A stretch of 64,000 bases of DNA, taken from NCBI GenBank assembly GCA_963719085.1, contig CAVRAL010000004.1:288001-352000 (forward strand). Reading direction: 5' to 3'. The stretch comes from a candidate division FCPU426 bacterium. Lineage in GTDB: Bacteria; Oederibacteriota; Muellerivitia; Muellerivitales; Muellerivitaceae. Positions 46,439 to 56,808 of the stretch are shown here, in pieces. Under the pieces are notes generated by a model that worked only from the letters and a program-made list of their open reading frames with translations, did no database searches and was not told the DNA's origin. Position 1 is the first letter of the stretch; each line of letters begins with the position of its first letter. Made by a program: the position numbers and the translations under genes.

Positions 46439-49224
46439 TGGGCTTCCAGCCAGTTTTTGCCCACGCCCACATCCACTTTCAAAGGCACCTTGAGCTTCAT
46501 CGCGCCTTCCATCTCCTGCGTGATCAAGTCCCCGGCTTCTTCCACCTCACCCTTGGGCGCCTCAAAGACCAACTCGTCATGCACTTGGAGCAGCATGACG
46601 GTTTCCATTTTTTTCTTTTGGAGCTTCTCCTGCAGCCGCACCATGGCGATCTTTATCAGATCCGCCGCTGATCCCTGGATGGGCGTATTCACCGCCATAT
46701 GCTCGGCGTTGATCCGAAGGCCGACGTTGGAGGATTGAATATCAGGCAATAGGCGCTTACGCCCCAGGATGGTGGAAACGTAGCCGTCCTCCTTAGCCTT
46801 TTCCACCTGCTCGGTGGTGAATTTTTGAATGCCGGGATATTTGGCGAAATAGTCCTCAATAAATTTTTTGGCCTCGGCCATGGACACGCCGTTTTCCCGG
46901 GCCAAGCGCTGGGGACCCATGCCGTAAATGACCCCGAAATTAATGGTCTTGGCTTGGTTGCGCTGGGTGGAGGTGACTTTTTCCATGGGCACCCCGAAGA
47001 TCAGCGACGCGGTCCGGCGGTGGACATCCTCGTCGTTCTTGAAGGTTTGAATGAGATTGGGGTCTTCCGTGATGTGGGCCAAAACGCGGAGCTCAATTTG
47101 GGAATAGTCCGCCGAGATGAGCACATGCTTGGAATCCTTCGGAACGAAGGCGGCCCGGATTCTGCGGCCGAACTCGGAACGAATCGGGATGTTCTGTAAA
47201 TTGGGGTCGGTCGAGGCCAGCCTTCCGGTGGCGGCCGTCACCTGGCTGTAGGAAGTATGGATGCGGTTGTCCTGGGGATGGACCATCTCCGGCAGAACGT
47301 CCAAATAGGTGTTCTTGAGCTTGGAAAGCTGGCGGAAATCCAAAACCAAATCCGCGATAGGGACGCCTTTGAGCGATTCCAGCACATCCACGTCCGTGGC
47401 GTAACCGGTTTTGGTCTTTTTCACCCGGGTTCCGGCGATCTTTTGAACCTGCATCTTCTCGAAAAGAATCTTGCCCAGCTGCAGGGGCGAGCCGATGTTA
47501 AATTCTTCCCCCGCCGCTTTGAAAATCTTCTGGGTGAGTTTTTTGAGCTCCACTCCGGCCTCATCGGACAACTCTTTCAAAAGCCTCACGTCCACGCAGA
47601 TCCCTTTGCGTTCCATTTCTTCCAACACCGACACCAGGGGAAGTTCCACCTCCCGGTAAAGTTTTTCCAGGCCCTCCTTTTTCAAACGCGGGGCGAACAA
47701 ATCGTGGGCCCTCAGGGTAAAGTCCACATCCTCGCAGGCGTATTGGGTGATGGCTTCCAAAGGAACCTGATCCATGGTGATCTGCTTTTTTCCGCTCCCG
47801 ATCAGCGCCTGGGTAGGGATCTTGGTGTAGTTGAAATGCTTCAGCGCGATGGCGTCCAGATTGTGCTGGCGGTAGGAAGAATCCAAAAGGAAGCTTTCCA
47901 GCATGGTGTCAAAAGCGAAGCCTTGGGGATCAATGCCGTGGCTCTTGAAGACCGCCCAGTCATATTTGCTGTTTTGGCCGCCCTTCTCAATTTTCGGATT
48001 TTCGAGGAATGGCTTGATCAACTGAACGACCTTCGCTTGGGGAAGCTGTTGGTTGAAAGGAATAAAAACCGCTTCCTTTTCTTTCCACGCCAATGAAACC
48101 CCCACGATGTCGACCGTCAAGGGATCCAATCCCGTGGTTTCCGTATCCACCGCCACCAACCCGGCTTTCGCCGCCGCCGCGAGCGCCTTCGTAATTTCTT
48201 CCTCGGTCAAAAGGCTTCGGTACTTATCCGAAACTATCTTTACTCTAATTTCCTCGGGAGCCTGTTCCTCGTTCTTTTCTTTTTTAACCTTTTTGGCCTT
48301 AGGCTCGGGAACCGATGGGCTTGAAAGCGAGAACTCTACGCCAAAGGGCTTGGCGTATTCCTCGATTTTGGTCATCATCCGGTTGAATTCCAGCTCCCGG
48401 CAAAGCTCTTGAAGCTCGGCCATGTCGGGCTTGCCGCAGGCCAAGTCCACGGCCTTTTCCTTGATCGGCACTTCGCAATCAATCGTCACCAGTTCCTTGG
48501 ACAAATCGGCCATCGCCTTGTTTTTGATCAAGGATTCTTTGAGCTTGGGCTTTTGGATTTTTTCCAAGTTCTTATAAAGATTATCGAGCGTCCCATATTC
48601 CTGGATCAGGGTGGTGGCGGTCTTTTCCCCCACCCCGGGAACGCCGGGCACGTTGTCCGAGGTGTCGCCCATCAGGGCCAGCACGTCGATGACCTGCTCC
48701 GGCTTCACCCCGAATTTTTCCAGCACGTCATTCTCATCCGCCATCATCCAATCGTTGGGCCATTTGGGCTTGAACATCCGCACCCCCGGCCCGATGAGCT
48801 GCATGAAATCCTTGTCGCCGGACACGATCACGCTGTCGATTTTTTCTTTCGTGGCGCGTTTCACCAAGGTTCCGATCAAATCGTCCGCCTCGAAGCCCGG
48901 CTTGGCCAGCATGGGAATGCTCATGGCCTTGACCATCTGGTGGATATAGGGAAAAGACTTGGCCAGGTCCTCCGGCATTTCTTCCCGGTTGGCTTTGTAT
49001 TCTTTATACATTTTGTGGCGGAAGGTGGGTTCTTGACTGTCAAAAATCACCGCGAAGTATTCGGGTTTTTGTTTTTCCAGGATCATCAAAAGCGTGCTCA
49101 TAAACCCGTAAACCGCCGAGGTGTTCAGGCCTTTCGTGGTCACCCGGGGATCTTTGATGAAACTAAAATAGCCCCGATAGGCCACCGCCGCTCCGTCCAA
49201 TAAAAACAACCTGGGTTTGGCCAT
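46435..49224 (-). CDS. polA: DNA polymerase I
   Basis: 5'-3' exonuclease (EADD, GDTSDNVPG), 3'-5' exonuclease (DTETTG), and polymerase motifs DYSQIELR, AKTINFG, QVHDE. Confidence 0.98.
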   Translation of the reverse strand: MAKPRLFLLDGAAVAYRGYFSFIKDPRVTTKGLNTSAVYGFMSTLLMILEKQKPEYFAVIFDSQEPTFRHKMYKEYKANREEMPEDLAKSFPYIHQMVKAMSIPMLAKPGFEADDLIGTLVKRATKEKIDSVIVSGDKDFMQLIGPGVRMFKPKWPNDWMMADENDVLEKFGVKPEQVIDVLALMGDTSDNVPGVPGVGEKTATTLIQEYGTLDNLYKNLEKIQKPKLKESLIKNKAMADLSKELVTIDCEVPIKEKAVDLACGKPDMAELQELCRELEFNRMMTKIEEYAKPFGVEFSLSSPSVPEPKAKKVKKEKNEEQAPEEIRVKIVSDKYRSLLTEEEITKALAAAAKAGLVAVDTETTGLDPLTVDIVGVSLAWKEKEAVFIPFNQQLPQAKVVQLIKPFLENPKIEKGGQNSKYDWAVFKSHGIDPQGFAFDTMLESFLLDSSYRQHNLDAIALKHFNYTKIPTQALIGSGKKQITMDQVPLEAITQYACEDVDFTLRAHDLFAPRLKKEGLEKLYREVELPLVSVLEEMERKGICVDVRLLKELSDEAGVELKKLTQKIFKAAGEEFNIGSPLQLGKILFEKMQVQKIAGTRVKKTKTGYATDVDVLESLKGVPIADLVLDFRQLSKLKNTYLDVLPEMVHPQDNRIHTSYSQVTAATGRLASTDPNLQNIPIRSEFGRRIRAAFVPKDSKHVLISADYSQIELRVLAHITEDPNLIQTFKNDEDVHRRTASLIFGVPMEKVTSTQRNQAKTINFGVIYGMGPQRLARENGVSMAEAKKFIEDYFAKYPGIQKFTTEQVEKAKEDGYVSTILGRKRLLPDIQSSNVGLRINAEHMAVNTPIQGSAADLIKIAMVRLQEKLQKKKMETVMLLQVHDELVFEAPKGEVEEAGDLITQEMEGAMKLKVPLKVDVGVGKNWLEAH

Positions 49225-49275
49225 AAAAGCCTCTTTTAGAGTTTATTCTTTAAGCTTCACAAAAAAGCCCATGTA

Positions 49276-49365
49276 ACATTGATTAACGCCGATGAACGCT
49301 GATTGGAAAATTCGAAATTTACGCCTAATCAAAATTGCGTTCATCGGCGTCCATCATTGTTCCAA
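49276..49365. repeat. Intergenic palindrome, ACGCAGATGA-unit type
   Basis: ACATTGATTAACGCCGATGAACGCTGATT ... TGCGTTCATCGGCGTCCATCATTGTTCCAA. Confidence 0.8.
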
Positions 49366-49396
49366 ATATTTTAGTTTTTGTTAGATATCCCAAAAC

Positions 49397-49432
49397 AAAA
49401 GCCCCTTCCCGTTTTAACCAGGAAGAGGCTTT
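49397..49432 (-). terminator. Rho-independent terminator
   Basis: Minus strand AAAGCCTCTTCC...GGAAGGGGCTTTT followed by GTTTT. Confidence 0.65.
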
Positions 49433-49500
49433 GAGTTTAACCGAAGCCGAAGTTCTTTCGACCATCAAAAAACGTTTTTAGATTGTTGGAAAATAAAAGC

Positions 49501-49824
49501 CTAAGCGACCGGAATCCCGTACTTTTTCTTGGCTTCCGCCGTCATGTTCTCGATATCTTCCATCAATAAGCGGGCGCGGATGCCGTTGGCTTTGCGAAGC
49601 TCGGCGTCCAGGGTGCCCTTCAAGCGGCCCCGCAGCATGTCCGACACCTTCCGGGGAGCGTAAATATAAACATCCACCCCGTCATTCTTATAATTGGAAT
49701 AATCGATTCGGATCACGGCCAGAGGCGCCAAACGCTTGGCTTCCCCCTCAATCTTCTTCGCGATGATTTCAGGAACGGTTTGAGGCACTGTCGACTCCTT
49801 GCAGGTTAATAAATGGGAGACCAT
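49501..49824 (-). CDS. Hypothetical protein
   Basis: ORF follows parB and is followed by a terminator; no recognisable motif. The start may be the GTG about 12 codons downstream. Confidence 0.6.
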   Translation of the reverse strand: MVSHLLTCKESTVPQTVPEIIAKKIEGEAKRLAPLAVIRIDYSNYKNDGVDVYIYAPRKVSDMLRGRLKGTLDAELRKANGIRARLLMEDIENMTAEAKKKYGIPVA

Positions 49825-49842
49825 TTCCCAAGGTTGAGTATT

Positions 49843-50712
49843 TTATCTCAACCCGGCCTTGCGGAAAAGATTTAAAATTCGGTCCAAGTCATCGAGGGAA
49901 TAATAATCCAAGCAAAGAGTTCCCTTGTGGCGGCCTTGGGTTTTAATGTTCACCTTCGTCCCCAGCCACCGGCGCAAATCCTCTTCCAGTTTCAGCACAT
50001 TCGGGTCCTTGGCGCGCCCCAGGGCCCGGCTCTTTTTAACCGGTCCTTTTTGGCCTTGCAGCCATTTTTCCGCGTCGCGGACCGTCAATCCGTGGCTGAT
50101 GATTTTTTCCGCCAGTTTTTTTTGCTCCACGGGGGAATTCAAGCCCGCCACGACCCGGGCGTGGCTCGCCGAAAGGCGGCCCGAGGCCAAAAGCGCCTTC
50201 ACCTCCGGGGAAAGCCGGGTGAGCCTTAGTGCGTTGGCTACCGTGGCCCGGTCCTTGCCGACTTTTTGGGCGATTTGTTCCTGGATCATCTGAAACTCGT
50301 CGATCAAACGCTGGTAGCCATCGGCCTCTTCCAAAGGCGAAAGGTCCGAGCGCTGCAGGTTTTCAATGAGCGCGATCTCAAGCGACTCCACATCCGAGGC
50401 CGTCACCTCGACCGCCGGAATCGTCAGCAGGCCTAATTTTTGGGCCGCCCGGAAACGGCGCTCCCCCGCGATAATTTCCCAGGTATCGCCCTTGCGGCGG
50501 ACCACGATGGGCTGGAGCACGCCTTTTTCCCTCACCGACGCCACCAGCTCTTGCAGGTCTTCCGCCCGGAATGTTTTTCGGGGCTGATAAGGGTTGGGCC
50601 TAATCTTGGACAAAGGAATCTGCTGGGCTCCGCCCTTGCGTTCCTCAATGGCGGTGATGACTTTTTTGGGGATCAAGGCTTCCAGCCCCCGGCCGAGCGC
50701 TTTTTTAGTCAT
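49843..50712 (-). CDS. parB: Chromosome partitioning protein ParB
   Basis: [30 protein letters not shown] and HTH. Confidence 0.96.
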   Translation of the reverse strand: MTKKALGRGLEALIPKKVITAIEERKGGAQQIPLSKIRPNPYQPRKTFRAEDLQELVASVREKGVLQPIVVRRKGDTWEIIAGERRFRAAQKLGLLTIPAVEVTASDVESLEIALIENLQRSDLSPLEEADGYQRLIDEFQMIQEQIAQKVGKDRATVANALRLTRLSPEVKALLASGRLSASHARVVAGLNSPVEQKKLAEKIISHGLTVRDAEKWLQGQKGPVKKSRALGRAKDPNVLKLEEDLRRWLGTKVNIKTQGRHKGTLCLDYYSLDDLDRILNLFRKAGLR

Positions 50713-51466
50713 GGTTCAATATCTCCTTCGTCAGGTTCAAATAGGCTTGGGCCCCGCTGGACCTAATGTCGTAAAGGATGATGGGCTTGCCGAAAGACGG
50801 GGATTCGGAAAGCTGAACGTTTCGGGGAACCACCGTATTGTATACCTTGTCCCCGAAAAACTTCTTCACTTCGTCGGCGACTTGGGTGGCCAGCCGGGTG
50901 CGCGAATCCACCATGGTGAGGAGGGCCCCCTCGATTTCCAGCTTCGGATTCAAGCTTTCCCGGACCATCTCGATGGTTTCCATCAGGGAACTCAAACCCT
51001 CCAAGGCGTAATATTCGGTTTGGACCGGGATCAGAACCGAGTCCGCGGCCATGAGCGCGTTCAAGGTCAAAAAGCCCAGGGACGGAGGGCAATCAATCAG
51101 AAAGTAATCATATTCGGATTGGATCGCGGCCAGGGCCTGCTTGAGGCGCCCTTCCCGGTTTTCCATCCCCACCAGTTCCACTTCCGCGCCGATCAAATGG
51201 CTGTTGGAGGGCAGGCAAAAAAGTTTTTCCAATTCGGTCGGCTGGACCGCGTCCCGGATATCCGCCTCGCCCATCAGCACCTGATAGACATTAGGCGTGA
51301 GCTGGGTCTTGTCCAAGCCCACTCCGCTGGAGGCGTTTCCTTGGGGGTCCATGTCGATCAAAAGGGTTTTCTTTTCCACCGCGGCCAGGCAGGCCGAGAG
51401 GTTCACCGTGGTCGTGGTCTTGCCCACGCCCCCCTTTTGATTGGTGATGCAGATAATTTTTCCCAT
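50705..51466 (-). CDS. parA: Chromosome partitioning ATPase ParA/Soj
   Basis: [33 protein letters not shown]. Confidence 0.96.
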   Translation of the reverse strand: MGKIICITNQKGGVGKTTTTVNLSACLAAVEKKTLLIDMDPQGNASSGVGLDKTQLTPNVYQVLMGEADIRDAVQPTELEKLFCLPSNSHLIGAEVELVGMENREGRLKQALAAIQSEYDYFLIDCPPSLGFLTLNALMAADSVLIPVQTEYYALEGLSSLMETIEMVRESLNPKLEIEGALLTMVDSRTRLATQVADEVKKFFGDKVYNTVVPRNVQLSESPSFGKPIILYDIRSSGAQAYLNLTKEILNHD

Positions 51467-51608
51467 CGTCAGCCGGTTCCTTGGGTGGCAGCGTTTTTCC
51501 CCGAACCGTCGCCTCAAGCGGCAAAAGCTCATGGGGGCGACACTATAGCACTTGGAAGGAATCCGGACAATGACGCGCGCGCGCCGCCGGATTTAAGGAA
51601 AACGGGGT

Positions 51609-52556
51609 TTAAAAATGGTCTTTAAAACGAATGGGCTTGAGGAAAAAGCAAAGCAGGCACACCAGGGTGAAAAGAACGGTTCCCACGAAAAAAATCAAAA
51701 GCGAAAAAGCCAAGGCCTGCGCCTGGGCCAAACCGATGCACCCGAATAAAACAATGAGGGCGCCTTCCCGGGTCCCCATCCCCAGAAAAGTCAAAAGCGA
51801 GACGATGTTGACCACCGAAAGGGTGAAGGCCAGGAAAAAAAAGTTAATGGAAAGGCCGATGGACTGGGCCATCCAGTAGGAGCCCATGAAGAAAAGAAGA
51901 TAGGAGGTCAGGGATAAAAGGGCCGGAATGATGAGGCGCCAACTGTAAAAAGCTTCCATCCCCCGGTGAAACTCGCCGAAAGCTTGGTTGGCTTTTTCTT
52001 TTAAGGAGGCCCCTAAGACCCTCTGAAAGACCGCCTTGATCAAGACTTCACCGATCCGGCGGTTAAAGACCAAAAAAGAAGCGAAAATTAAAAACGCGAA
52101 AAAAATCCAGACCAGATGCACCAAGGAGGGCGGCAAGCCCAAGGGATAAATCAAAACCCCCAGGCTGCCTAAAATGAGAAGCAGATAAAGATCGAAAACC
52201 CGGTCCACCACCACGCTGGTCATGCCTAAGCCGATGGGAAGCCCCAAGTCTTCCTTCAGGTAAAGCACCTTCATAAAATCACCGGCCCGGCCCGGCGTCA
52301 CATTGCCCCAAAAGAGACTGCCCATGTAGATGAGAAAACAGTTCCAAGTGGAGTAGGCATATCCCTGCATTCTCAAAAGAAAGCTCCAACGCATTCCCTT
52401 GAGATAAACCATGGCCAGAAGCGTCATAAAGGCAGCCACACAAAGCCGCCAATCGGCGGTCTTGAGAAGCGCCCAGGTTTGGGTGAGATTCACCTTGAGA
52501 AGGATGAAAATGAACAAAGCGATCCCGACGAGGATCAAAAGCGATTTCTTGATCAT
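51609..52556 (-). CDS. Lysylphosphatidylglycerol synthase TM (flippase-like) domain protein
   Basis: RW, NVTPGRAGD..K, DRVFD, GMGTREG. Confidence 0.85.
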   Translation of the reverse strand: MIKKSLLILVGIALFIFILLKVNLTQTWALLKTADWRLCVAAFMTLLAMVYLKGMRWSFLLRMQGYAYSTWNCFLIYMGSLFWGNVTPGRAGDFMKVLYLKEDLGLPIGLGMTSVVVDRVFDLYLLLILGSLGVLIYPLGLPPSLVHLVWIFFAFLIFASFLVFNRRIGEVLIKAVFQRVLGASLKEKANQAFGEFHRGMEAFYSWRLIIPALLSLTSYLLFFMGSYWMAQSIGLSINFFFLAFTLSVVNIVSLLTFLGMGTREGALIVLFGCIGLAQAQALAFSLLIFFVGTVLFTLVCLLCFFLKPIRFKDHF

Positions 52557-52607
52557 GAAAGGCCCCGTGAAAATTTTAGGCTGGATCGACGAACAGGCTT
52601 AGAACTT

Positions 52608-52831
52608 CTAACAAAAACCAATTAGCAATGATCAAGGCGGATGAACTCGGATGAACCTGGAAAAAAACAGGACAAAATTCTTTGATTTTTCCCCCATCCG
52701 CGTTTGTGCCGCTTTTCCTTTTATAAAGTTGTGGAAAGCGGTATTACCCCACACTCATTAGAATGATACTTAATAAAGATCTGCGGGGCATCAGCGTCCA
52801 TCATGGTTAATTGCCTTGGGTTTTTGTTAGA
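52608..52831. repeat. Long degenerate intergenic palindrome, ACGCAGATGA-related
   Basis: Outer CTAACAAAAACC/GGTTTTTGTTAG inverted repeat; GCAATGATCAAGGCGGATGAACTCGGATGAA ... ATCAGCGTCCATCATGG. Confidence 0.65.
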
Positions 52832-52836
52832 GCCTC

Positions 52837-54255
52837 TTAGATACGGATCATCTTCAATCCCGCCTTGGCCTTCCGGAAAAAATCCAAGGGCGTGTGGGTA
52901 TAAGACATATTTTTCATCACGATCTTAGGCCGCAGATAAAAAGATTTGTAGGCGAATTTCAAAAGGTCGATCAACTCGTCGCGCTTCATGTGTTCTTCCC
53001 AAAGCTGGGGTTTAAAATCAGGCGTGGGGTTTTTAGCGAAGTCCGCCCAATAATCGTGGTCGAACCGGCCTTCTTCCAAGGCCTTGTAATAAATGGCCGT
53101 GGCCGGAAAAGGCGTCAGCACGGAAAAATGAACGAAGTCCGGATCCAGTTCTTTGGCGAACTCGATGGTATTCAAAGCCATCTCCCGGGTCTCGCCGGGA
53201 TTGCCGATCATGAAATAAGCCAGGGTCTTCATGCCGTGTTTGCGGGTGGCCTTAAAAACCATACGGGCGTGGTCCAGGTCCAGGTCTTTCAACAGGGTCG
53301 CCAAAACCTCGGCGTTCCCGGATTCCACCCCATAATGCACGCGGTCGCAGCCGGCCGAGGCCAGCTCCGCCAGCATCTCCTCGTCCATGCGGTCGGCCCG
53401 GGCGCGGATATCAAAAGCGATTTCCAGTTTGCGTTTTTTAATTTCCCCGCAAATGTCAAACACCCGCTTGCGGTTCACGTTGAAGGTATCGTCATAAATG
53501 AAAAATTCCCGGATACCCAGCTTCACGCAGGCTTCCATCTCATTGACCACGGCCATGGCCGAGTGACTGCGGAAACGGCGGCCCATGGTGGGCCGGTCGC
53601 AGAAAAGACAGCGGTAAGGACAGCCCCGGCTGGTAAACATGGTGGTGATGGGATTGTGCCGGGCGATCAAGGAATAATATTTATGCATGGGGGTCAGTTC
53701 CCGGGCCGGGTAGGGAAGGCTGTCCAAGTCTTCCACCGGCGGCGCCGGCGGGTTGTCCTTAATCTGCCCGGACACGGGATCCCGGTAAGCCAAACCGAAT
53801 ACCTTATCGAAGGTCATAAAACCCTCAAAAGCCGAAAGCAGCTGGCTGAAAGCCAATTCGCCCTCACCCTTAATGGCGAAGTCCACTTCCGGCATCATCA
53901 ACGTTTCCCGGGCGAAGATATGGACATGGGGCCCGCCCATCACGACCTTGCACTTGGGGTTGGCGCGCTTGGCGGCCTGGGCCACCATGCGGGCGTCAAT
54001 GATGGTAAAGGTCAGGGCCTGAATGCCGACCACATCGGGGGCGATGGCCCTGATTTTTTCTTCGACTTGGGCCTGGGAAATTTCCTCGACCTGGCAGTCC
54101 AGCACGTGGATCTCGTGGGAAGTCTTGGCCTTGGCGTAACCGGCCACATAGAGCAGGCCTAAGGGCGGGTTATAACCGCGCTCCTCGTCGATGACCGATG
54201 GGATATTGGTCGTGATCATGTGTTCGGAAGGCGGGTTGATCAGAAGTACTTTCAT
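52837..54255 (-). CDS. Cobalamin-binding radical SAM protein
   Basis: MKVLLINPP, PPLGLLY, GGPH, GEGE, TSRGCPYRCLFC; the ATG overlaps the upstream stop codon. Confidence 0.92.
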   Translation of the reverse strand: MKVLLINPPSEHMITTNIPSVIDEERGYNPPLGLLYVAGYAKAKTSHEIHVLDCQVEEISQAQVEEKIRAIAPDVVGIQALTFTIIDARMVAQAAKRANPKCKVVMGGPHVHIFARETLMMPEVDFAIKGEGELAFSQLLSAFEGFMTFDKVFGLAYRDPVSGQIKDNPPAPPVEDLDSLPYPARELTPMHKYYSLIARHNPITTMFTSRGCPYRCLFCDRPTMGRRFRSHSAMAVVNEMEACVKLGIREFFIYDDTFNVNRKRVFDICGEIKKRKLEIAFDIRARADRMDEEMLAELASAGCDRVHYGVESGNAEVLATLLKDLDLDHARMVFKATRKHGMKTLAYFMIGNPGETREMALNTIEFAKELDPDFVHFSVLTPFPATAIYYKALEEGRFDHDYWADFAKNPTPDFKPQLWEEHMKRDELIDLLKFAYKSFYLRPKIVMKNMSYTHTPLDFFRKAKAGLKMIRI

Positions 54256-55100
54256 TAGCGTCCTCGTTTCACGAGCAAGTCGGCCAAAAGCCCCAAAGCG
54301 GCGACCTGCAAAGCGGCGACCAGCAACAACAGGCTTCCTAATTCGTGCGCCCGCAAAGCGGACGCCACAGCGGCTAAAAATATGATACCGCTCAGGGGGA
54401 TAAAAATCTTTAAAGGTTTGAAATACATCACCACCCTCAAGACCAAGGCAAAAAAGTTGATCGTGTCCCGAAAGGGCCTTATTTTTGACCGTCCCACCCT
54501 CGATTCGTAATGAATCGGCACATATTTGACGATATAGCCATGGCATTCCAGGGCCAAAGTAATGGTGGTGGTAAAAGAAAAGCCGTTGGGAAAGAGACCC
54601 TCATAGCGGGCCATGGCGCTTTTTTTGAAAAGACGCATGCCGGAGTTAAGGTCGGGGATTTTACGTTCCGCCAGGTAATTGGCCCATTGGCCCAAAAACC
54701 ATTTGGGGATCCGGCGCAAAAATGGGATGGCCGCGCCCGCCAGGGTCCGGGCGCCCACCACCATGTCGTTGGTTTCCACGACGTTTAAAAGCAGGGGGAG
54801 TTCTTCCGGCCGGTAAGTTCCATCGGCGTCCAAAATGGCGATCCACTCACCCTGGGCCCTTCGAATGCCGGCCTTGAGCGAGGCCCCGTAACCGCGGTTC
54901 TCGCCCATCAAGACCACCTGGGCCTTGGCTTTTTGCGCACGGCGGGCGGTGGCGTCTTGGCTGCCGTCATCCACCACGATAATTTCATGTTTTATCTTTT
55001 CACGGTTCAGGACCTTCCGGGTTCTTTGGATGATTTTTTCAACGGCCTCTTCCTCGTTATAGGCCGGAATGACCACGGATAAAAACTCGGCGAATTTCAT
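54255..55100 (-). CDS. GT2 family glycosyltransferase (DPM1-like)
   Basis: VIPAYNEE, VDDGSQD, NRGYG, DADG, DLNSG; C-terminal TM segments. Confidence 0.92.
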   Translation of the reverse strand: MKFAEFLSVVIPAYNEEEAVEKIIQRTRKVLNREKIKHEIIVVDDGSQDATARRAQKAKAQVVLMGENRGYGASLKAGIRRAQGEWIAILDADGTYRPEELPLLLNVVETNDMVVGARTLAGAAIPFLRRIPKWFLGQWANYLAERKIPDLNSGMRLFKKSAMARYEGLFPNGFSFTTTITLALECHGYIVKYVPIHYESRVGRSKIRPFRDTINFFALVLRVVMYFKPLKIFIPLSGIIFLAAVASALRAHELGSLLLLVAALQVAALGLLADLLVKRGR

Positions 55101-55459
55101 CGCAGTTCCACCTTCATTTCAGTGTAGCGGTTGGACCCTTGAGCGAAATGCGCGGAGACCCGCACCAAGTAAACTCCCGGATTCACCCAAGGCGAAAAAG
55201 GAATCGCGCCGTAAAAATACCACTCATCCTTCTTTTCATCTTTTCTAAAAATAAGCTCGGGCGAACCCATGACATCCACCGTTCCGATGACGGACAGAGC
55301 GTCCAGGGGGGCGTTAATTTCCGCCAAGGCGGGTTTCCCCCGATAAACCGGCTGGGGCGCGATCTTTAATATAAGAGAGGAATCCATCACACCCAAAGTG
55401 GCGCACCCGCTTAAGCTAAGGCCTATTCCCAAGGCGGATAAAAAAATGAGTTTTCTCAT
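55097..55459 (-). CDS. Hypothetical lipoprotein
   Basis: Signal peptide with lipobox LSGC; stop codon overlaps the GT2 start. Confidence 0.65.
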   Translation of the reverse strand: MRKLIFLSALGIGLSLSGCATLGVMDSSLILKIAPQPVYRGKPALAEINAPLDALSVIGTVDVMGSPELIFRKDEKKDEWYFYGAIPFSPWVNPGVYLVRVSAHFAQGSNRYTEMKVELR

Positions 55460-55566
55460 AGGATGCCTTTGCTTTGAAAAAATTAAGGAGGGCCGCTGAA
55501 GCCCCCGGACGTCCTTCAATCAAGAAAATCCAGGGTCAGCTGGAGGGAGCGACAAGAGGCTGGCGT

Positions 55567-56136
55567 TTACTTGGCGGCCTTCGTTTCCAAGGCGGCCGCG
55601 GCTTTGGCCGCTTCCCGCTTGGCTTTCATCTCGCGGGTCTTTTCGATCAGATAGAGCTTGGCTTTTTTCTCTTTATATTCTTCCCGGACGACCTGATAAA
55701 CGAAAACGTTGGCCTTGAGCAGCATGGTCTCGGACAAATAAGCGCCGACAGAGAAATTGACATAAGCCGGAAGCAGGGCCGAGAGCGAAACCAGGGCCAA
55801 AAGCCACAAGCCTTGCTCCACCTGGGCCGGACCCAGTACGGGGCGTTGGATGACGCCCAAATAAACCAACCAAGCCATGAGCGCGAAAACCACGATCAAA
55901 AAGAAGCCAAGAAGACGGCTGGTTGAGCGGATTTTTTCATGGGTGCGTTGCAAATCGTCCGCGTAGTCCTTGATCGAGACGCCGCTTTGCTCCAAGGTTT
56001 CTTTCCATTGATCGTCCCACAAAAGTATCTTGCGGCGCAGCAGCATGCCGAAAACCACGGCCGCGAAGGTGAGGGACCAGGTCAAAAAAGATAAAAAAAG
56101 ATAACCCAACGCCGGACCCACTGAGTAACTCTCCAT
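55567..56136 (-). CDS. Hypothetical membrane protein
   Basis: About three TM segments and a charged C-terminus; lies within an operon. Confidence 0.65.
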   Translation of the reverse strand: MESYSVGPALGYLFLSFLTWSLTFAAVVFGMLLRRKILLWDDQWKETLEQSGVSIKDYADDLQRTHEKIRSTSRLLGFFLIVVFALMAWLVYLGVIQRPVLGPAQVEQGLWLLALVSLSALLPAYVNFSVGAYLSETMLLKANVFVYQVVREEYKEKKAKLYLIEKTREMKAKREAAKAAAALETKAAK

Positions 56137-56157
56137 GCCGCCCCCCGAAGCCTTAAA

Positions 56158-56808
56158 TTAGGATTTCGTCAATTGAACTGTCGTGTCCAAAAGTTCCAAC
56201 AAGAGTCTTTTCACTTCCAACCAGGGTTCGCCCCCGTCACCCGCTTGGCTGGCCTGCTGCCAGGCGCTCGTCAACTGGGTCAAAAGCTTGTCGCCCTCCG
56301 CCGTGAGGGTCATGCGCGCCGCCATTAGATGGTGGCTTTCTTCCTGCTCTAAATCTTCCTTCAGCCTGGCTAAAAGCTTTTCCTGGCCCTTGCCGCTGGC
56401 CAGTTCGGCCTCGATCGCGGCGCGAAGCTCCGCCTCGACTTTCGGCCGGATGGTGGCTTCCAAAACTTTTAATAGCTCATTTTGGTCCGAGGAGACCGCC
56501 GCCGCCGGGGTTTTCGAGCCCGCAGGGTCGATCGCTTCCCATTCCGCCTCGGAAACCAGTTCAGCCTTAATCCCCCGGTTGCCGCCAAAAATCGTCGGCA
56601 CCAATTCGGTTATCTTATCATGGTAAACTTTTAGGCCCACTTCAATTTCTTTGTTCAGGTCGGGCTTGGGCGAGGCCAAAATCACGTTATATTTGGTGAT
56701 TTCCTTGATCCGGCCTTTTTTCAGGTGATCAAAAAGCCGCGCTTCTTTGACTTGGATCAGTTTGAGGAACGCTTCCCATTGGGTTTGGAGTGCGGGGTCG
56801 ACGGGCAT
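56158..56808 (-). CDS. Hypothetical protein
   Basis: GGAG RBS; helical, charged protein overlapping the 3' end of nnr. Confidence 0.6.
   Translation of the reverse strand: MPVDPALQTQWEAFLKLIQVKEARLFDHLKKGRIKEITKYNVILASPKPDLNKEIEVGLKVYHDKITELVPTIFGGNRGIKAELVSEAEWEAIDPAGSKTPAAAVSSDQNELLKVLEATIRPKVEAELRAAIEAELASGKGQEKLLARLKEDLEQEESHHLMAARMTLTAEGDKLLTQLTSAWQQASQAGDGGEPWLEVKRLLLELLDTTVQLTKS

Noticed and set aside
49843..51608. parS site or replication origin near parAB
   Set aside because: No TGTTTCACGTGAAACA-like palindrome or DnaA-box cluster was seen by eye, and dnaA is not in the window.
54256..54546. N-terminal extension of the radical SAM ORF
   Set aside because: It overlaps the GT2 gene; the family-typical start MKVLLINPP is at 54255.
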